64,000 bases of DNA from positions 434,001 to 498,000 of the forward strand of contig CM022668.1 of NCBI GenBank assembly GCA_012295275.1. The letters are read 5' to 3'. Positions 56,049 through 64,000 of the stretch are shown here, in pieces. Numbering within the stretch: the first letter of the stretch is position 1; each line of letters starts with the position of its first letter. The position numbers and the translations under genes are program-made. The DNA is from Chrysomallon squamiferum (lineage: Eukaryota > Animalia > Mollusca). The notes beneath the pieces are model-generated. The model saw only the letters and a program-made list of their open reading frames with translations, did not search any database and was not told the DNA's origin.

Positions 56049-57339
56049 CTTAAAAATATTGAAAATTTGGAGGAATATATTAATCATAATTTTCTTCTCT
56101 ATTCCTTAATGAATAAAGCAAACTGAATAGCTGAATGTTCAGTATAATCTCATCTTTGTTAATTTTAGGATTAACATTTATAAGATATCAAACATTTGGT
56201 TTTTGTATAAATTATACGATAGAAAGGATGTCTATTGCGAATTTTTTTTTTATCTCATGGCATTTGATAAACAACTAAAACACTATATGGCGTTTACATG
56301 TATAATATGTTTATCATTCTATCCATCTATCACAAATATGTATGTATATATGTATGTATATAAGTATGAGTATATGAACGTATGTATATGTGCGTAAGTC
56401 TATATCAGTAAACATATTATTTCAGTCATTCTTTCTTTTTCAAAATAAAATAACATATTGCATACATTCAATAAATAATTTACATTCTGCTCCTATCTTT
56501 AATGGAATATATTTTAACACGTAAAGAAAAAGTCAAATATACTCACCCATATTAATGAAAGCGTTCTTATTTCCGTAAAAATCGAATTCTGTTGTCGGAA
56601 AAACAGGCCATATCGTTAAATAATGAGAAGAAATATGGCTTCCGCATCAGCTGTTTTCATGATAAAAGTAAATTAATATACATTAATATAGTTCACGTAC
56701 ATGCATATGTACGCAGATCCGTACGTGCACAGATATGGTTGTCGTCTGCGTCAAAGAAAAACATAAGAAAACAGGACTTGTCCCTTTAACATTTGAACAC
56801 AGTGTTAAGATCCAGTCAATATTCAACTATCAGGAGGATTTTAGAGTGATCCCTCACCGCAACGTAATCATGTCTAAATTATACAGACCACGTTAGAATC
56901 ACGTGATTAGCTAAAATAGATTTTTAAAAATATATAGAACCTCAAAACACTAAACAAATTATATAGATATCGGGAAATTCTGTTCAAACAAAGAATTACG
57001 CTTGCTCTGTCAACTGACAATGTACATTATAGAACAACTATTACATTCATTGGCTTCAAAAATCGTTATTACCGTAATTTCCCTTGTTGAAGCACTTCTT
57101 GATAACCTCATGTCACCGGCGTCTCTCAAGAGCACACAAATATAAATGAACGTACGTACAAACATATACGCATACAGATACAGCATATACTTAGTCCACA
57201 TATACTTAGCATTCATAAACATACTTCATCAAGATATATATATATATATATATACATACACGCACGCACGCACACACACACACATATATATATTTACCTA
57301 GATACAGACATAGATACATACATAAATACATACCTGCAC

Positions 57340-57386
<47 letters not shown>

Positions 57387-58731
57387 CATATATACATAGA
57401 GACAAAAATACACACAAATAAATTACACAAATAAAATATTCAGAGGAACAAATGTACTTACATAAATAAAAACATTCTCGCTAGCAACAATACATTAATA
57501 TAGTTCAGCAGCTCTAACAAACTGTTATATTCATACTCGAATAAACACATTCGCACAAACAACCGCTTTCAAAAAAACAACAGATGTATGAACTGGTTGA
57601 AGGATGGAAACAAATAATTGAGAGAGAGAGAGACAGACAGAGATTAATCAGTCCAGATGTTTGGTATGATTTCTGTTAGGTGTTTCAGTGCCGGAAATAA
57701 AACTGTTTGAACAAAATATGTGAAATAATTAATTTGGAGTATAAAGGGAGGGAATATAATATGCTTGTCTGCCTTGTTTTGCTTCGTTTGTTTGTTTGTT
57801 GTTTTGTAGTTGCATTTTTGTGTGGAAACGTTGTTAGAAATATTTCATTCTTTAAAGTATTTATAGCGTCATTCATTCATACATTTATGTGTCCTTTCCT
57901 TTATTATTTTTATTTATCTATTCATTCATTTATTAATTCATTCTTTATTTAATAAAACATCTATAGCTTGATTCATTCTTTTATTTATTCATTTATCTAT
58001 CTGTTACATTTATATTTTTCGTATAATCTATTCAAAATGAAGTGTATGAATTCTAGATAAGTTCGTCTTTATTTCCTTTCTTTTGTTTATTTAAAAAAAA
58101 TATAAAATATAAGGACTGAGATTAAAGCCAGTAACGATATCAGTTAAATTAAAAATAATTATAAAAAAATAAAAACTGCGACAATATTATTAATCACGTT
58201 TGTATTAATCTGATCAACGTTAGGGTTGAATAATCGAGAATCTTTTAATTTTCGTTTTCTTCAGTTTATATTTCAAATATCAATATTAAAAATAACATAT
58301 TAGGTAAGTAATATTTTGAATATAAGTAATGTTATAACAATATCAACAACAACAAAAATAGTATAGTTCAGTTTTGCATTTCCTGTCTGTAGATAACTAT
58401 AACGTGTGATATATATACATTTTAGACGATTAAAAACGTTGCAGTACGTAAGCATTACTTACGTTTTCAATTATTATTATTAGTAGTATAGTTGTTGTTT
58501 TAGTAGTACCGCTAAGTTAAAACATTTATTTCTCGTAATGGTTGTAAATAACATCTGTAAGGTTATTCTTTCTTTCTTGTAAAATAATCTTCTTTTTTTT
58601 TTCCGTCTCTCTTTCTCCATAAAATTCTAAATTAGCTTCTTTAGTTTTCATGTTTCGCTTAACGATCGTGTTAATACGTTTTATACTATTAACGCAATAA
58701 TAATATCAATAAGCGTGTGTGATGGCAACGT

Positions 58732-58734
<3 letters not shown>

Positions 58735-58803
<69 letters not shown>

Positions 58804-58982
58804 AACGCATGGTTTGTTCTGTCTTAATGTTTGTTTAATTTATCCTTATCGTTCTGATTCTGTTTACTTTAATTTCATTACTCTAAATATCCATTAATTA
58901 TTATTATTATTATTATTATAAACATTGTTTGGACGCTAAACAAAACTTTTCGCCCCAGATGTATCTGTGTGTGTGTGTGTGT

Positions 58983-59019
<37 letters not shown>

Positions 59020-59159
59020 TATATTTCCCATAGATTCCTTCTTTTCTTTAGACCTTGTTCCTTGGCGGTTTAGCGTCCGAACTGTACATATTATTATAAT
59101 AAAATATTTGTAAGTCTACAGTTCAGTTATGTATGTATGTATGTACGTATGTATGTGTG

Positions 59160-59191
<32 letters not shown>

Positions 59192-59211
59192 TGTATGTAT
59201 GTATGTATGTA
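58735..59211. repeat. Microsatellite cluster: (CT)n(AT)n, (TTA)n, (GT)n, (TATG)n
   Basis: Runs at ~58735-58803, 58898-58919, 58966-59016 and 59108-59211. Confidence 0.95.
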
Positions 59212-59506
59212 TAATCAATTTTTTTCAGACAGTCCATGCGGTTGAACGGATATATTAGGCCTACTTGCTGGACGACAAATATGTGTCCTCAAAATGAAAA
59301 ACAGACTTAGATTACCACGTGTTCACATCACAGCAGTCATTTAGTCACCAATACGGATTCAGGGAATATCATCGTTTACCATTAGATATTTATATAGCTG
59401 TTAAAAATTAATTCCAGAATTATTTTTAGTATGAAGATGACATTGTAGAAGCTGACTGTTAAATTCAAAATGAGTTACATTTAGTATATATATTAAAATA
59501 TATATA

Positions 59507-59729
59507 CAGGGTGTCCCATAAAATTCCATACATAGGAAAAGTAAACGTTTTTATATGAAAAACCAATTTTATTTATATAATATGCTCTACATGACTGTCA
59601 TTATGTTGAAAATACATTTCAATGCGTGTCCTCCACTGCTGAAGAACACAGCTGGAGTTACGCTTGTAATGGAGTTGGTGATACGTTTTGAGATGAAACC
59701 ATATGTATGGAAACTAATGGGACACCCTG
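59507..59729. mobile_element. Tc1/mariner-type MITE (223 bp)
   Basis: 28-bp TIRs CAGGGTGTCCCATAAAATTCCATACATA and reverse complement CAGGGTGTCCCATTAGTTTCCATACATA, with TA on both sides. Confidence 0.9.
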
Positions 59730-59816
59730 TATACATATTAAAACGTGGACTTAGTACGTTACCGATTTACTTAATTTACTTCAGAAGATATTACAAATAA
59801 ACCGAAGATATGTATT

Positions 59817-59847
<31 letters not shown>

Positions 59848-59899
59848 GAATTATGTTTACTACTGTTGTTGCTGTTTTATTATTATTGTTGTTGTTTTC

Positions 59900-60098
59900 T
59901 TTCCGAAAATGCTAAATTGTTCAAGCGAAAAGAATTTTCTATTCGGATATATTCGTCAAATTCCGATAAATGAAACAACTTCCGCTTGATAGGCACTCAA
60001 GTGCGACCATTTATCCTAGACGAAGGGATTTGGAGTGATTTTTTTTTTTTTTTTTAACTTTTCGGTGAATAATTTCAGCAACAGAATAAATTGTGAGT
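59900..60098 (+). promoter_or_regulatory. Putative ANKIB1 promoter and non-coding first exon
   Basis: Local CpG enrichment, ACTTCCG (ETS-like) at ~59978, GTGAGT donor at 60093, and a candidate acceptor AG at 60763-64 upstream of the ATG. Confidence 0.4.
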
Positions 60099-60795
60099 AG
60101 CTTTATTACAGGCATTGGTATCGATATGAATTCGAAACGATAACATATGTAAAGGATTACGAATAAATGTTTTTAATTATGAAAAAATAATCAGACATTG
60201 ACCTGTTTTCGTTGTGTTAATTTTCATGTGGCCAGACGTAAACAAAAGCGATGACCCGGTTACAGATATAATTATGACATTTATGTCTTGTATATAAGTT
60301 GTCTTTTTCCAAGTTTGTATAAGAATTTGAATTATCTTCATCAATACTAATAGAGAAGAAACTTTAAACATATATATTTTTTATTTTGACTGAATTTTTT
60401 TTACTTAATGCTTTATTGAATAATTTTAACGTCGTTTGGCTTTGTCTGTAATTTTTATCTATTTATTTACGTTTAAATAATCGATTTTTTCCGGTTAAAA
60501 TTTTTTTGTGTTTATGTAGTCATCATGTCTCAGTAAATATTACACTTTTTCCATCACTTGAGATTAAAGTGTATTTGTTAAAAAAACAGTTTGTGAATTT
60601 GTTTTTACTTTTACAAATGTCTGATAATACTTATGTCAATTGTTAGAAAAAATCTAAATGTTTCTTAAGGTTTAAATATATGTTCTATGTATACATATTA
60701 TTAATAAATCTATATATGTATATAATGATCCAAAAGAGGAATATTTTTTACAAATGTGTATCAGTGGTTGTATAATGTGGCAGTAGTCATCTGAA

Positions 60796-63185
60796 ATGGG
60801 AAGTGCATCATCAAAATTCCGCAAACATCTTCAGAATGGAGATGAAGTAGCAGCTTTACAACTATATGGCAACAACAGTGACCTTCGAAAAGGCCTTGAT
60901 CCCAACTGTTCCTATGGTGATTCACACCAACATGAGACACCTCTACATTTTGCAGGTCGCCATGGTATGCGAAGTTTATTAAGGTAATTTTTAATTTTTT
61001 ATTTCCATATAGTTTTATTAGTTAGAAATATTTTAAAAATAATTATTATGTGAGAAAATAAAGAAATATTTATCTTTATAAATTGTTCAATATGTTGTGA
61101 ATGTTATTTGAAAACAAAAGCCAGCAATTGTCCAGCATAACAGAAATAAATTTAAAAATCCTGTAAGAAATGAAACATTTTAAATATACTTTGTTTTTCT
61201 GTTACATATTTCAGAATATTTCTGTACGAAAAAGGAGGGAATCCTAACAAGACAAATGCAAAGAAGGAGACATCACTACACTGTGTATGTATGGAGAATA
61301 ATGCAAGATATTACAATGTGCGACAGAGGCGTGCAGACTGTCTGTTGATGGTTTTAAAATGGAGAGGTGCGACACTTCAGGAAGGGGAAATAGAAAAGGT
61401 TAACCTTGCAAGCCAAGATGAGGTAATGTGACTGCATTATATTTAAAACAATAATTACAGATTAGGTTTTGACAATTTACTCATTTTATTTTGCCCCTCA
61501 ATCAATGTTCTGTTCTTTTCAAATGCAAGTAAAAGTAATAAATAATTTTAATTGTGTGTAAATATTTTAAATACCCTACTGATAAATAAGTTCTTTTGCA
61601 AGTTTTTCTAATATATTTCTGAAAATATAATTCCTTTTTCAATTGTTTCTAATATAATATATTAAGTTATGAGTAATATCTTGTGTATTTTCTCTGTAGA
61701 AAAACAACACAGCACTACACTATGCTGCAAGTTCAGGATTGAAGAAATGTGTAGAGGTGAGATATTTTATTTTTACACAAACTTTATAATCATGTACGCA
61801 TCACCAAAATATATTTGAAATGGTCTATTTTCCATTTTGTTTCAAATAACTGGATCACATTTTTAATCAAAAAAGAAGGTAAATTTTGATTTAGTTCTCA
61901 TGTGTATCAGTACTATAGTTTTATCCTTTGATATATAATTTTATCATTCTACTCTGCTGGGAAACTTTGTTTTTAATAAATTAGATAAATATATAATTGT
62001 ATATTTATATTTTATGTTTGTTATATGAGTTCATTTGTTAATATGAATATTTTCATCAGATACATAGATAAAAAAATGTATTAAAATATACCTACATTAT
62101 TCATTGATCTTTTTTATCATGTACCATTAATTAGTTTTGAAATTATTTTACTTTTTACTTGAAATGAAATGTTTATTACTTTAATTAATTCTGTCTGTAT
62201 TTATATTTCAAAAATACTTGCATTAATTTATTTCTTTATAGTTGTATTTGATTGCATATTTATTTATTTAATTAATTAATTACTTATAGCTTCTTGTGCA
62301 ATATGGAGCACCATTGTTTATAGAAAATCAAGACAACTTAACACCATGTGACTGCGCAGACAAGAATGGTAACTCAGAAATAGCCTTGTATCTTGAATCC
62401 AAAATGGTTTTTTCTGTGAGTACATTCTTCAAGCTATATACAGCACATGAATATAAAGCAATTAGAAAAACAAACTTTAAAGTGAAATATATATAATTTG
62501 TTTTACAGATTAAATGTATTAAAACAATTACTTATGGTTTAAATAATACAATGCCCTTAAATATTAATTAATGTTAATATATCTTATAGTTTGATATTTA
62601 ATATTTGTTTATTTAGAGTGATGGAGTGTCAGAAGATGAAGACAATGAACCATTAATAGCACCTGTAGAGGTAACAACATTTATATTTTTTGAATATTCA
62701 AATTTATTCATATATTCTGAAGACATTTCCAGAAATGGGTTAGTTAAAATATGGGCAAAGATTGATGCTGCAACAGCCAGCTTTCAAATGAGCACATTAA
62801 ACCAGAATATTCCTAATATGAATCATGGTTCTTATAAATCTTATAATCCACAAAAGTGCAACACAAATTTCCATAAATTTCAGTAAATCATAAAGAAATA
62901 AATTTTATCATAAAGTAAAAAAAGCAGTCATTTGGCAATTGAGTGTATATAAATATGCAGTGCAACACATTCTGGATTTGCATATATTATACCATACTTG
63001 TTTGTTTAATATACACTGCTAATATTAATGTGCTTTTTAATGTAAATCTAAAATTGTTATTTTTCAGGAATATTGTGGATTACGCGCACAGGATTTACAA
63101 GAAGCCAAAGACCAATTATTGGTAGAAACAGCAGACATGTTAAGTGTTCCTCTTTTCACTGCAGAGGCCTTGCTACGTAACCACG
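60796..63185 (+). CDS. ANKIB1: Ankyrin repeat and IBR domain-containing protein 1 (RBR E3 ligase), 5' part; exons 60796-60983, 61215-61422, 61700-61756, 62290-62415, 62617-62670, 63068-63185; continues beyond the window
   Basis: [17 protein letters not shown]...LDPNCSYGD...HETPLHFA; GGNPNK...RRADCL...LKWRGA; [11 protein letters not shown]; TPCDCA...LESKMVFS; [34 protein letters not shown] match ANKIB1 as I recall it. All introns are GT-AG with consistent phases. Confidence 0.95.
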
Positions 63186-63558
63186 GTGAGTTAATACATG
63201 CAACTGTTATAAATTCATAGATGTAAAACCAATATGTAAGCATAGATAACATAATGTAATTGTTGTTAATTAATAGATATATGACAGTAGAAATGTTGCA
63301 TAGTTAGAATAAACACAATAATTTATTTAGAGTCTTGTAAGTATAATATGTTACTGAAATATAATTAGTATAACATGTCACCAAAGCAGTTAATAGTGTT
63401 AATGGGACATATAGCCATAATATATTAATAGAAATATAATTACAATTAATATATGTAACCACAGGTATTAATACAGGGCTAACAATTTGGCTTTATTCAC
63501 AAGAATCCATGTGGATTTTCATGTGGATAACAACTTTATCAACAGTGTTAGTTATATA

Positions 63559-64000
63559 GGGTCATTCCGTGTCAAATCACCCCCACCAAAAAGAAATAAA
63601 AACCTGACCGTCTCAGATTTTTATAAAACTTGGTATACTTGTTGACTGGGATCCCACAGCACCAAATCTGAAATGTTAGCCCAATCAGACCAGTGGTGTG
63701 GGAGATATGGCCCACCGAATTTTGAGATTTTTGCCAAAAATGGGTGTGACCACCAACCTTAGAACCCTTATATCTCAGGAACTACTGGGCCAATCTTCAT
63801 AAAATTGGTATTGTTAGAAAGGCAAAATGACAAGGATTCCAAATCTGCCATTTTTGTTTAGGAAAATATTGGAGTACCTTGACCTTTTGACCTTTGCTAT
63901 GACCTTGAAATTGACCATGTGGATCACGTGATCTTGAGATGACCTTTATTGAAATTTAATCTCCCACATGTTAACTAAAACATATAAAAGTTTCCTGGGT
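63559..64000. mobile_element. One end of a probable non-autonomous DNA transposon in an ANKIB1 intron
   Basis: Abrupt GC rise starting GGGTCATTCCGTGTCAAATC after TATA; repeated ATAAAAYTTGGTAT and clustered TGACCTT motifs. The other end lies outside the window. Confidence 0.55.

Noticed and set aside
47475-57952. Low-complexity ORFs (SLSLSL, RERERE, LLLL, HTHT)
   Set aside because: Translations of microsatellites.

Overview
AT-rich animal (invertebrate, plausibly molluscan; inferred) nuclear scaffold with spliceosomal GT-AG introns. Left to right: (1) 1-6436, decayed transposon-like DNA with two MITE-like elements; (2) a 200-N gap; (3) a ~24.3-kb tandem array of a 169-bp, CpG-rich satellite (~144 monomers) with two co-varying monomer classes, a ~13-mer higher-order repeat (HOR) on the left, a ~5-mer repeat on the right, and several dyad symmetries; (4) an older diverged layer of ~520-bp units, partly inverted, then a degenerate 45-bp minisatellite; (5) a gene-rich block: TMEM41A (-) head-to-head with MALSU1 (+), an intronless divergent class A GPCR (-), and the 5' part of ANKIB1 (+), with Tigger/Tc1-type non-autonomous elements and microsatellites. 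The most notable object is the layered, HOR-organised satellite, which resembles centromeric architecture; centromere function cannot be shown from sequence. All coordinates were read by eye and no database search was run.
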